Of a stretch of 64,000 nt of DNA, positions 49,589 to 63,004 are shown piece after piece. This stretch comes from Phoronis australis (taxonomy: Eukaryota; Animalia; Phoronida): NCBI GenBank assembly GCA_002633005.1, contig NMRA01000584.1, forward strand, positions 195,629-259,628. Direction: 5' to 3'. How positions within the stretch are numbered: the first letter of the stretch is position 1; each line of letters starts with the position of its first letter. The translations under genes and the position numbers were made by a program. Below the pieces are notes generated by a model, which made no database searches, had not been told where the DNA came from, and was given only the letters and a program-made list of their open reading frames with translations.

Positions 49589-52014
49589 TTAATTGCAATT
49601 ATACCCTGATCATGAACAAGGCGAATACACATGTACAGTTACGAAACTGGACTTTAATTGTTCCTAATTTAAATTGTCCCTAATTGTAGTGATTTCAGGG
49701 ATCCCAAAGAACTATATATCAGTTACACCTCATAAAATTTCAGGTCAGGTAGTGAACTGACAATTTATGAACTTTGTCCTCCAGAACCCAGACATCACTT
49801 ACTAAGACAGACTATGGAACAAAATGAAGAGTATCTGAGGAATTATAAGAATTTTAGAATGCCATGTTGAGTATCCTGAATTAATACTACAAATAGCAAT
49901 ACGTAGCTAACAGTTTGGGTGAAAGCGAGCAATACGAAATTTATATCACAAAGCTTATGTCATTAAAAGCTGCATTGTTCCTTGAGCTTAGTTGTGGAGA
50001 ACTGAAAAGAAAAGCAAACATTGATAATAGTCGGATAGGTGGGTCCTGATTTAAAATTAATTAGAGAACCATGCACTTACTACGACTGAATGACTAGCGT
50101 TAAATCAGGGACCCTCGTCATTCACTAACTGTGTTTTGACGGTCAGACACAGCTCGATAGCCTCGTTCTTGGTACGAAACTATACAACTTTTACAATTTT
50201 CTTTTTTGACGCTAAGTCTCCAAACTAGTCACATACACCTGAGCATATCTGTTTCTCGATCACCAGTGACATCACTCATAAAACATAAAGCTTGGACAAT
50301 AAACATCAGTTTGCTCAGAATTTTCTAGTCAAATGTGAAGTGTCCAACCCACAGGGAGAAGAACTTCCCGATGACTCACAACCATCTTAAAAACATAAAG
50401 GTTGAACACTAAAACTTTGCCGTGTTTAGACTCCCAACTTCAACTGTACTAAATCCAAATAAAATCTGCATGCACCTTCTTCAGACTGGTATTCCATAGA
50501 CCTCTGAAGCCTTCATTCGTCCCCTGATCCCATTAAAAAGTCTTTATGAGAGGTGAATTGGTGACTCAATTTCAAAAACAATCAGAAAACTCTTGATTCA
50601 CGGAGATTTAATAGTTAAATAAGACGGATTTTAGCTGCGCTTTAACTTGTATGCCAGCTGTCATAGATAAAAATTCAAGTTTGAGCAAGCAATCTCTATG
50701 TTAAATTCAAGAAATTTGTACCCAATTTAAATGACGTGGATAATAAAATAAGCCCTCCACTTAATGTGCAGAACTGTTAGCTTGTTCTTATAGCTCATTT
50801 AACCTAGAATTTAATTGCACGAGCTGGCAAATAACTTGTATTTGACCTTGGCATTATGTGCTTGGTTCGAGTACAACCTAGACTCGGTTTTTGGGAGAGA
50901 TATCCAACGTATAACCACACATTTAGATGTGCGAAATCCGGCAGTTGATGATTGGTGATTTCACAGTAGGATTATCATTGTTAGTAGTCAGCAATCCGTG
51001 GTTCTTCGTTTATAAACAATGTTATATTACAAAACCATTTAAAATGATACTAAATTATGTGGGGGCACTCAAATAACATTCATGGGCATGCGAAAACAGA
51101 GCTTCACAGTTGCTTCAGGAACGTTTGAGAAAAAATGGATGCCTGTGGCTATGTAAGGAAGCCATCTATTACAAAACAGCCTCCTTGAATTTGCGATTTA
51201 GGTGTTTTTTTTTGGCATTATTGTCGTCAAATCACCACCCAAAGACAACTTGTTGCGATCAAGTGAAAGCAAGTATTCAAAGGTTTGTTCAATGCTGATT
51301 TCGGACAGTTCATGCACACCGAGAAAAAATTCTGAGGAAACCGATTTTTAGGGTCCAACCTTCATGTTTTATTAGTAGTGGTGACCGAGGAATAGATCAA
51401 CTCAAGTGTCCTTGTGTTTATTATATGGTTATGAGTCATCGAAAAATTCGTCCGCCTGTGATATCAGCTCATAGTTAGCTGGCCGAGTAGAGTGAGTACT
51501 GAGTAGCCAGCCATAACAAAAGCCAAAACTCATCAACAGAAATTGTGTATAGGTTACCGACGCTAGGGTTTAATGCCACTTAAGAACATTACATTCTAGA
51601 GGGTATATCTGACCTGGCCTTTTAATACAATTAGTAGTTGTTGTTCACACAAATCATAGAAACTTACGACAAATTCCTTGGCGTTCACACCTTACATTAC
51701 AGACAACTTAAAAATGGTACTTCCGGTGAACGCCACCTATCAATTATTCGTCGGCCTACACCAGTAAACCAACAGTAGCATGTCTGTGTGTAATCTTACT
51801 GATATCAGGTCCGAGTTATTCATACATGTTACCACACATGGCAAGTTTCAGTCAATAGTATGACATTACCGTGCATCAAAAGCACTGCCAAGTGACCAAC
51901 TGAACTTCGTTCTACTGCTTCCGAACGGACACGCTCTGTCACAGCGCCACCTGGCACTGGGAAAGTGCGAAACGCCACTCGGTGCTTGTGAACTTGGACT
52001 CGATCTTAATTGTT

Positions 52015-52469
52015 GCCGGTTGTATCAGATGAAACGGTCCCAAATAGGGACTCAACTAAGGTCCCTAAGTCTTTTTGCATATTTGTGTCTTTACGGACTC
52101 ACAGATGAAATATGTTTCTATCTTTTCATCTTGATTATGAGCTCCTCATGACATTTTCTAATAATATAACTAAAAACTGAGCCCACTACTAAAATGAGAG
52201 TCATCGAAAATAATTAGGGACTCACTCAGTCCTTAAATTGGGGGTGTTGCATGAAAAGATCCCTAATCATTTTCGATAATATTGACAATTTAACGTAGAG
52301 TTCACTCTCGATATGTTTCAAAGTCAAAAATTGACTTAGTAATGAAACTAAGGCAATACATGTACAAGAAAGGGCAACAGTATATGTTTTCACACAAGTC
52401 CAAAAATACGCCTTAGGTTTTAGGAAAATTAGTTGAGTCCCTATTAGGAAATGTTTCATGCAACCGGGC
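52015..52469. mobile_element. Harbinger-like MITE family copy 2
   Basis: gccggttg..atgaaacggtcccaaatagggactc ... gagtccctattaggaaatgtttcatgcaaccgggc. Confidence 0.7.
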
Positions 52470-52479
52470 ACTAGAATCT

Positions 52480-52900
52480 ACTCTCAAGATCGCGTGAGCG
52501 TGAATTTGATTTGAAGGAGAAAACGAAAATAACCGTGACCACGTTCCAAATGTTCATACTACAAAAAGCAAAATGTTCCGAGAGTGGCGTCGATGAAATA
52601 TCCCACGAGACAAGAGGCACGTAGCGGTACCCGTTCCCGGATGCGCCTGGACTGACGCCCGGCGGCCGGAGACCCACCGAAGGGCGAGGTTGATACACGG
52701 AATATCGAAGCCATGCAGTCGCGGTACGCCGTTTTGTATTAATCCTATCGCTTCGAATAACCAAGTTTCTTTCATTTTTTGGCAGATTTTTTAAATACTT
52801 CACCAAGCCTGTTCACGTAGCGGAGGCCTAGAACTGAGCCGGTACCGCATGAGGTTATACAAGTTTTCTCTGCCCGGAAACGAGAAACAGTTTTAACGTA
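52480..52900 (-). promoter_or_regulatory. Candidate promoter / non-coding first exon of the USP38-like gene
   Basis: Locally CpG-rich (52600-52730), with an ETS-like ccggaa at about 52875 and a possible donor G|GTGAAG near 52803. This is inference only. Confidence 0.35.
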
Positions 52901-53417
52901 AGGATCTAGCTGTTACTCGAAACGAGATGAAAACAAAGGTAATTGTGCACTGCCAAATTTACAACACTTCCTGAAAATAGTTAGATAATAACAATATTTG
53001 AAAGTTATACCGAGGACTGAAGTTGCAGAAGACATACGCGGTAATATTTAGCAATTGAATTTAATTGCCAGAAGTGTCATAATATAATTAACACTGAATT
53101 TTCGCCAGATGTTCGTTTGGGACTTGGTTGCATGTTGAGTGTTATTTATACTGCTGCATAACTAACTAAAACTATTTTGGGAAAGTTTCCTGATCGAACC
53201 GGCTAACGACCGGCGAGTCGACATTGGCCCGACGAGCTTTCGATGTCAGAGGTGCACTGTTGAAGCAGTGAGGGAGGTGAATACGGAATACATTATTATA
53301 TGGCTGTATTGCACTTGATTGATTCAACGCGTAGGCTATAGTATAATTAAAAACTCACTGCACCGTGTCAAATTATTGAATCATGTAAATTTTAACCCGG
53401 CAAACTTTTTTTTCAAC

Positions 53418-54180
53418 CATTACGGAGTTTTCCTGTCGCTCCCAACTAATATTCGATTCTATAGCCCAACAAAAGCCAAGGCGACTGATTAACTCCATTC
53501 TGGCATTCATGGTTGGAGAACGGGCTCTCTTTTGTTCGATAATTGCTCTAATATCCGATCAGGTCGTGTCTAGCCTGACTGGGCTGTACTGTTGAAAATG
53601 AAAGTTAAGTTATAACATATTTCAACAAACCAATGAGCTATACCAGGTATAGCTCATTGAACAAACTAATAGCACTGCTGAAGTGAATTTACCAGACGAA
53701 GGGGATTCTGAGCGTGTGATAACATCTAACTTCTTTGTAAACTGCCAAGCAGAGTCTTTTGTCTGTTATGACAGCAGGCAGGCCAACTCTCTTTTGTTCG
53801 ATAATAGCTCTTATCTCCACTAAGATCATATCTAGCCAGACTGGGCGGTGCTGTTAAAAATAAAAGTCAAGATATAACAGTTAGAACATGAACCAATAGC
53901 GTTTCTGAAGTCTTCGTCAAATGGTGATCATGTTTAGTTTTTGAATCGCCAAAATCGGCCAACTACAAACGAAGTTACGACCATTTATTCTTTCCGAACG
54001 TACCAATTCAATTTGGGTTTGGCTGTGTTCACACGTGGTCTGTAATAAGCACGGTACATAATTGGCCTGCCTGTTGTCATACCAAACAAAAAAACTGTGC
54101 TTGGTAGTTAACAAAGAAGCTAAATGTTATCACACGGTTACAACCCTCTACGTATGGTAAAGTCATTGAACGGGAAAACG
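53418..54180. mobile_element. Repeat family R, rearranged copy or copies
   Basis: Matches 3345-3634 and 5039-5290. 53680-53787 is an inverted copy of 54062-54170. Confidence 0.7.
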
Positions 54181-54296
54181 ACGTCATGAAGTCAAGTGCT
54201 TTTAGTGCGGACGGAGAGAAATCTTCGAACAGTGAATTCTAGAGAATTCAAGCATCCTAGCCGACTAATCGCTTCGTGGCTTGAATCATTGCAGCT

Positions 54297-54784
54297 CAAC
54301 TCCCGTTTAGAGCGTACGTATTCCTAACGATACCAGTTTTCAGTTAGAGTCTTGAGGTCATGTTTTTTGTCGACAGGCTCAGTCTTTTATCCCATGTCAT
54401 GACATAAACAGCAGTATCACGCTGATTGATTACATTAACGTATATACTCATGGACTGAAAACTTTTGCTAACAAACAAAAAACCATCGTCGCGATTTGCC
54501 CAACCTTAATCGCATTTCTTTCTGAAAGAAGGGTTCTACACTAACTTCACGAGGAGTTCAATTCCAGTACGTTTAAAAAATATCAGTTTCTGTCCTGGAT
54601 ATTTCATTTCACTTCAGCCAGTAATTTATTGACAGAAGACATCAGTAATGCAACAATTGCCTTGTACAACACACAGGAGCTTAGGTCAACGTTCGTGATA
54701 TCAAGGGAGGAAAACGACACCGGGTATTCCTGTTGATGTAGAGAAGCGATGTCCAACATCATGATATCAGTGAACGGCCCGGTG
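54297..54784. mobile_element. Interspersed repeat family S, second copy
   Basis: Co-linear with 17673-18177. Confidence 0.7.
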
Positions 54785-57447
54785 TCCTCAGTAATGGTTT
54801 TGCTAGGTAACTATCAGTCAAAGAATATACTACCAAACATGCTACGCTCATTCCCATGATTTTGCGTAGCCTTTCATGATTTAGATTATCTTGTCAAAAG
54901 CGTGACTTTTGGTCTATGGAATGCCCGTTTAGCTTTGCATGGAGTCCTGCAAACTTTCAGGGACTTTCGGAATGTTTTGCTTTCACAGTTCTTACGTAAC
55001 ATAGTTGGATTATAAAAGAAGATTTCTATGTTGTACTCCGTAATATTTATGGTGAAATATTCAGAGTCCAAAATGACAGAAACGTGCCACTTATATTATG
55101 TCATCAATCCGCAACATAAAATCCTTTGCGTGTTCCTCGATTCCATGTAGTATGGAAATTACTGTATTTCTTTTCAGTTGTCTCCATTAATATAGAGGCG
55201 CTCAGCGGGCTCTCAAAGTCAGAGAGGGCACTTGACTAAATTCTGACGTTGTTTGTTAAAAACTTCAAATTGCCGGAAGTAAGTGTTGAATATACAGATT
55301 TGTCTTTATGTATTGATGACGAACTACTATAATTTTGTAAGGCTATTTTTAGTAAGTCGGTATTTTCATTCGGGTGAGTATTTTGATAGTTCCGCATTGT
55401 GTCGCCTATTCACTTTTCATCTGCAAAAATCTCGTTAATCTTTAATATGGCTCAGTCACTCAGAAGAATATTTTATCCCTTTTTGAAGAGAACCGTCGAA
55501 TTCACATGCGCGCACCCAGCCTAAATCATAGGGGGCTCGAGTTTTTCGATATGCGAACCTTTTACTGAAAGAAATCAACGTGGACTAAAAAACGGGGCCA
55601 CTTGATTCAGGCCCACGAATTGTGCGTCCGCGCCGACTTCCCGTGGATTTTGTGAACATTTGTTTCACTGAGGCGGACCTTTTTGCCCCCCCCCCCTGGG
55701 TGCGCCCATGATTCAGGTGATTCAAATCTCTACGTAACCGTAGTTAGGGTGACTTTTATGTAAGTCGGGTAAAATCGCTCTACTACCACGATTTTTCCAG
55801 TTGGTGACAGTTTATTAAAAAAAGTTGCCAAGGCTTTTTATATTTTCAGAATCAATGTAGAACTTACAGAATATATCCGATGCATTGTTTTTATTGGGGC
55901 ATCTTGCTGAGTTACAGTTATCACAGGACAGTTTCAAAACCGGAAGACGGCGACCCATTGGCGTCTTTCTTTCCTCACGAAAACAACATTTTTTGATAAG
56001 GACTTGCATATCTTTTTCACTGCATTTTCTATTGCGAAATATATCTCCTTTCTTACATGTTTCTAGTAAACGATTCAGCATTACTCATGCGTTATGTATG
56101 TCAGACTGAATGAAACAGCAACCGACATGCAACTCGACACACAGGTGTGCACATTTGGGGCTCAGGCAATTCAGAATATAGGATACAATAATTATCTTCT
56201 GAAACAGGGCCAAACACATTTTGTGAAGCTGTGTTTACTTTCCCAGGCCAACTGGCATAGTTGTATGACTACGATGTACATGTAGAGTTCACAGAGAAGT
56301 GCTTTCACTGGCCTTGCAGCTTCAAAAGTCCTATTGTGTGTGAAGGACATCCATGTTTTACACTTACCGTCCGCAAAATTCTAAGCCACTATGGGAACTA
56401 GTTACCCCTCTAAACCCAAGTGCATGCAAAGACCTTTATGATAATAAAGACGGCGTTTGCATATCGTTGAAAAAACAAGAACATATATATTTTACAGACA
56501 GGGTAGCTTATCAACCCCTTGCCCCCGGCTAAAGAACACTTGTTGCGCAGGGAGCCCCTACCATTTTGTCAACTCACATTCCACGCACTGGACTGCGGGC
56601 GTTGTATTGCAAGTAGGTCTTGCGTTGCGTGGTAATGTTATCAAGCGTGTGGTAACGTGCAACAGCCCTAGGGAAGCATCGAATTTAGTGATAGAGTGAG
56701 AGAACTTGTTAAGATTTCTTCCGAATGCTTATGACTAAACAAATGTGTCATTCGATCTCAGTGCTGAAGCCAAAATATATTTACAATATGCCGTAATATA
56801 TTGTTATTTGAACAAAGAGCTTGATGTGCACATCGAAAATGTGTTGCTAAGCCGCCGATTCACTGAAAAATAACTGCTAATTATTTCCGTCACCCATAAA
56901 TATCTTGCATGCTCTGCCCTGCAATCTTCTCTAAAGTCAATCGAAACTTAAATGAACATAGGATGATTGGTCATTTCAAGTACGTGCTCTCCACACTAGC
57001 TGCTTCTGTGATTCACCGCCTTGCCACAGGGGCTGAATATTTGGTCAAGTGGCTTTGTTTAAACGATCAGTCCAGAGCAACAGAACGAATTGACAAAACA
57101 AAATATTGCTTCTTAGGTCACAATTAGCAGTCTCTAAAGTTGCTTATGGCGATGCCGACTTCATTTGTTCTTCGAGTTCACGTTAGAGGCAATCTTGGTC
57201 GCACATGCAGCACAAATAACCACGGTACCCACCGCCACTCCACCGGCAATCATGCACTAAGGCCGCTGCTCCTAAAAAGAAAATGGTAGAAACGTGTTTG
57301 AACCAAGCAAAATCTTGTATTGGCATCCTGTTTTTAAAAATTTGCTCACCTACCTAACTTAAAGATAGTCTTCACTTTGCTCGTCAAGCTACATGTACAT
57401 GTATATGAATGTGCTGTGATTTACAATCTAGTGTACACTGTATAATT

Positions 57448-60400
57448 TACTCTGCGCGTGTAAGCGCAGAGTACTGTTGTTCCTGGGTTTTCTTCAATTT
57501 TATTACTCTGCGCGTGTAAGCGCGGAGTACTGTTGTTCCTGGGTTTTCTTCAATTTTATTCTTCTTATTCTTCTTATTCTTATTCTTCTTCCGACCGAAT
57601 TTGAGGCTTAATAACTCCAAATTGGGTGAAGGTACGGTTTTTAAATTCAGCATATGACTTTTGGCAGTATATAAATTTTGATTGCTTATATAATCATATT
57701 CCATATTGCACCGGAAGAGGTCGCTTGATGCAAAGGTCATACAATTTTCAAAATGCTATTCCTCCTTCAGTTTTAAAGCTATCTTTTTCAAATTCGGTGC
57801 ACAGGTATATGTCAACATGACAATTTAAAAATTTACTTTTCTAAGTAATCGGGTCATCCAATTAGGTGAAATAGGTCAAAGGTCATTAGGTACAAACTAA
57901 AATTTTGAGCTAGACACTTCTGATTGCCACAGGTAAATCAAATCGGAATCCAAAGTTTCAGGTTATTTAGTGCAAACATGGGGTCATTAGGTGCATTTTT
58001 CTTCTGAAAATTTGACCGTTTCAATCAGCAAGTATTTTGATTTGTCAACCGTTAGACACCTGTGATTCTCAGCGTTAAACACATTTTCCATGGGCTTTGC
58101 AATAATTCTCATGAAGATGCTTAAATTGCACCGGATAAGGTCAATTAGTGCAAAGGTCATGTATCGTTCAAGATGCTAGATCTCTTACGTTTTTCAAGGA
58201 ATTCTTTTCAATTTCAGCACACTGGGGTAAGTCAACATGCCAATTGAATACCCTACTTTACTTCACAATAGGCTTAACCAATCAGAAAAAATAGGTGAAA
58301 GGTCATTGAGTGCAAACTAAAATTTTGAGCTAGAGACTTCAGAATTACGTATCTGTTTACTAAGTGCGATTGAGTATGAATTCTAAATTTTCAGGTCATT
58401 TGGTGCACCCATGGGGTCATTAGGTGCATTTTTCTTCTGAAAGTTTGACCACTTCATTCATCTTGTATTCTGAAGTGCTTAAATTAAACATCTGTGATTA
58501 TTAGCATTAACCACACTTTTAATCGTTTTAACAATTACTCCCTCACCGGGGCTCATATTGCACCGGATGAGGTTAATTAGTGGAAAGGTCATCAAAAAAT
58601 TAATATGTAATTTCTCCTACAATTTTAAAGAATTCCTTCTCATATCCGTAAACGGGTTGCTGTCAGTAACTTCCCATAATTCCAGTAAGACGCACGCGCA
58701 GCGTCCGTTATTGTCACGCCTTGACAATAACCTTTCTAGTCTTCTTATTCATCTTATTCTTATTCTTCTTTCGACCAACTTTGAGGCTTAATAACTCCAA
58801 ATTGGGTGCAGGTACGGTCTTTAAATTCAGCATATGACTTTTGACAGTATATAAATTTTGATTGGTTATATAACAAGATTCCATATTGCACCGGAAGAGG
58901 TCGTTTGGTGCAAAGGTCATGTAATTTTCAAAATGCTACTCCTCCTTCAGTTTTAAAGCTATCTTTTTCAAATTCGGTGCACAGGTATATGTCAACATTA
59001 CAATTTTAAAATTACTATTCTAAGTAATCGGGCCATCAAATCAGGTGAAATAGGTCAAAGGTCATTAGGTGCAAACTAAAATTTTGACCTAGACACTTCG
59101 AATTGACAGTTCTGATTGCCACAAGTAAATCAAATCGTAATCCAAAGTTTCAGGTCATTTAGTGCAAACATGGGGTCATTAGGTGCATTTTTCTTCTGAA
59201 AATTTGACCTTTTCAATCAGCAAGTATTCTGATTTGTCAACCGTTAGGCACCTGTGATTCTCAGCGTTAAACACATTTTCCATGGGCTTTGCAATAATTC
59301 TCATGAAGATGCTTAAAATGCACCGGATAAGGTCAATTAGTGCAAAGGTCATGTATCGTTCAAGATGTTAGATCTCTTTTTTTCAAGGAATTCTTTTCAA
59401 TTTCAGCACACTGGTGTAAGTCAACATGCCAATTGAATACGCTACTTTACTTCACAATAGGCCTAACCAATCGGAAAAAATAGGTCAAAGGTCATTGAGT
59501 GCAAACTAAAATTTTGAGCTAGAGACTTCAGAATTACGTATCTGTTTGCTAAGTGCGATTGAGTATGAATTCTAAATTTTCAGGTCATTTGGTGCACCCA
59601 TGGGGTCATTAGGTGAATTTTTTCTTCTGAAAGTTTGACCACTTCATTCATCTTGTATTCTGAAGTGCTTAAAGTAAAACATCTGTGATTATTAGCATTA
59701 ACCACACTTTTAATAGAGTTAACAATTACTCCCTCACCGGGGCTCATAATGCACCGCAAGAGGTCAATTAGTGGAAAGGTCATCAAAAAATTAATATGTA
59801 ATTTCTCCTACAATTTTAAAGAATTCCTTTTCATATTGGTAAACGGGTTGCTGTCAGTAACTTCCCATAATAATTCCAGTAATACGCACGCGCAGAGTCC
59901 GTTATTGTCACGCCGTGACAATAATCTTTCTAGTTACTCTGCGCGTGTAAGCGCAAAGTACTGTTGTTCCTGGGTTTTCTTCAATTTTATTCTTATTCTT
60001 ATTATTCTGCGCGTGTAAGCGCAGAGTACTGCTGTTCCTGGGTTTTCTTCAATTTTATTCTTATTACTCTGCACGTGTTCATGTAAGCGCAGAGTACTGT
60101 TGTTCCTGGGTTTTCTTCAATTTTATTCTTATTCTTATTATTCTTCTTCCGACCAAATTTGAGGCTTAATAACTCCAAATTGGGTGCAGGTACGGTCTTT
60201 AAATTCAGCATATGATTTTTGACCGTACATAAATTTTGATTGGTTATATAATCATATTCCATATTTCACCGGAAGAGGTTGTTTGGTGCAAAGGTCATAT
60301 AATTTTCAAAATGCTACTCCTCCTTCAGTTTTAGAGCTATCTTTTTCAAATTCGGTGCACAGGTATGAGTCAACATGACAATTTAAAAAATTACTTTTCT

Positions 60401-63003
60401 AAGTAATCGGGTCATCCAATCAGGTGAAATAGGTCAAAGGTCATTAGGTGCAAACTAAAATTTTGAGCTAGACACTTCAAATTGACAGGTCTGATTGCCA
60501 CCGGTAAATCAAATCGGAATCCAAAGTTTCAGGTCATTTAGTGCAAACATGGGGTCATTAGGTGCATTTTTCTTCTGAAAATTTGACCTATTCAATCAGC
60601 AAGTATTCTGACGTGTCACCCGTCAGATAACTGTGATTCTCAGCATTATACACATTTTTCATGGGCTTTGCATTAATTCTCCTAAAGATGCTTGTAACTC
60701 ACCGAATAAGGTCAATTAGTGCAAAGGTCATGTAAGGTTCAAAATGTTATATCTCTTACGTTTTTCAAGGAATTCTTATCAATTTCAGCACACTTGGGTA
60801 AGTCAACATGCCAATTGAATACCACACTTTACTTCGCAATAGGCCTAACAATCAGTTGGAATAGGTCAAAGTTCATTAGGTACAAACTAAAATTTTGAGA
60901 TAGACACTTCAAATTGACAGGTCTGATTGCCACAGGTAAATCAAATCGGAATCCAAAGTTTCAGGTCATTTAGTGCAAACATGGGGTCATTAGGTGCATT
61001 TTTCTTCTGAAAATTTGACCTATTAAATCAGCAAGTATTCTGATGTGTCAACCGTTAGACAACTGTGATTCTCAGCGTTAAACACATTTTCCGTGAGTTT
61101 TGCAATAGTTCTCCTAAAGATGCTTAAAATGCACCGGATAAGGTCAATTAGTGCAAAGGTCAAGTAACGTTCAAAATGTTATATCTCTTACGTTTTTCAA
61201 GGAATTCTTTTCAATTTCAGCACACTGGTGTAAGTCAACTTTGCCGATTGAATACCCTACTTTACTTCACAATAGGCCTAACCAATCAGAAAAAATAGGT
61301 CAAAGGTCATTGAGTGCAAACTAAAATTTTTAGGTAGAGACTTCAGAATTACCTATCTATTTACTAAGTGCGATTGAGTTTGAATTCTAAATTTTCAGGT
61401 CATTTGGTGCACCCATGGGGTCATTAGGTGTATTTTTCTTCTAAAAGTTTGACCACTTCATTCATCTTGTATTCTGAAGTGCTCAAAGTAAAACATCTGT
61501 GATTTTTAGCATTAACCACACTTTTAATCGAGTTTTCAATTATTCTCTCATCGGGCTCATAATGGACCGGAAGAGGTCAATCAGTGGAAAGGTCATCAAA
61601 ATATTAACATGTTATTTCTCCTACAATTTTAAAGAATTAATTTTCATATTGGTAAACGGGTTGCTGTCAGTATCTTCCTATAATAATTCCAGTAATACGC
61701 ACGCGCAGAATCCGTTATTGTCACGCCGTGACAATAATCCTTCTAGTTCATATTCTTATTCTTCTTCCGACCAAATTTGAGGCTTAATAACTCCAAATTG
61801 GGTGCAGGTACGGTCTTTAAATTCAGCATATGACCTTTGACAGTATAAGAATTTTGATTGGTTATATAATCATATTCCATATTGCACCGGAAGAGGTCGT
61901 TTGTTGCAAAGGTAATATAATTTTCAAAATGCAACTCCTCCTTCAGTTTTAAAGCTAACTTTTTCAAATTCTGTGCACAGGTACAAGTCAACATGACAAT
62001 TTAAAAAATTACTTTTCTAAGAAATCGGGTTATGCAATCAGGTGAAATAGGTCAAAGGTCATTAGGTGCAAACTAATATTTTGAGCTAGACACTTCAATT
62101 TGACAGGTCTGATTGCCACAGGTAAATAAAATCGGAATCCAAAGTTTTAGGTCATTTAGAGCAAACATGGGGTCATTAGGTGCATTTTTCTTCTGAAAAT
62201 TTAACCTTTTCAATCAGCAAGTATTCTGATGTGTCAACCGTTAGACAACTGTGATTCTCAGCGTTAAACACACTTTCCATGGGCTTTGCAATAATTCTCC
62301 TAAGGATGCTTAAAATGCACTGGATAGGGTCAATTAGTGCAAAGGTCATATAACGTTCAAAATGTTATATCTCCTACGTTTTTCAAGAAATTCTTTTCAA
62401 TTTCAGCACACTGGTGTAAGTCAACTTGCCAATTGAACAACTACGCAACAGGACTAACCAATCAGAAAAAATAGGTCAAGGGCCATTGAGTGCAAAAATA
62501 AAATTTTGAGCTAGAGACTTCAAAATTACATATCTGTTTACCACATTTGTTTGACTTCGAATTCTAAATTGTTGGGTCATTTGGTGGAGCCATGGGGTCG
62601 TTAGGTGCATTTTTCTACTGAAAGTTTGACCAATTCATTCATGTTGTATTCTTGAGTGCTTAAAGTAAAACATCTGTGATTCTTAGCATTAACCACCTTT
62701 TAAATTGGTTTTACAATTATTCCCTCATCGGGGTTCATAATGCACCGGAAGAGGTCAGTTTGTGGAAACGTCATCAAAATATTAACATGTAATTTCTCCT
62801 CCAATTTTAAAGAATTCCTTTTCGTATTGGTAAACGGGTCGCTGTCTGTAACTTACCATAACCATTCCTTTAAAACGCACGCGCAGAGTCCATTATTGTC
62901 ACGCCGTGACAATAATCTTTCTAGTTCTTATTCTACTTATTCTTCTTCCGACCAACTTTGAGGCTTAATAACTCCAAATTGGGTACGGTCTTTAAATTCA
63001 GCA
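57448..63003 (+). mobile_element. Cluster of five HINE family B elements (Helentron-associated), nested and tandem
   Basis: Each element has a head TACTCTGCGCGTG-taa-GCGCAGAGTA, a (TTATTC/TTC)n microsatellite, internal repeats of about 420-430 bp, a 3' subTIR CACGCGCAGAGT, a hairpin TTATTGTCAC-gcc-GTGACAATAA and a CTAGT end. Ends fall at 58740, 59934, 61747 and 62925; the fifth body is truncated at about 63003. Confidence 0.9.
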
Positions 63004-63004
63004 T

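Noticed and set aside
55815-56109. Cys-rich 88-aa ORF as a zinc finger or transposase
   Set aside because: I found no recognisable motif spacing or splice support.
57447-62961. Recurrent similar ORFs (MEYDYI..., MHRKRS...) as a gene family
   Set aside because: They recur only because the HINE is repeated. Stops and frameshifts differ between copies, and there are no Rep or helicase motifs.
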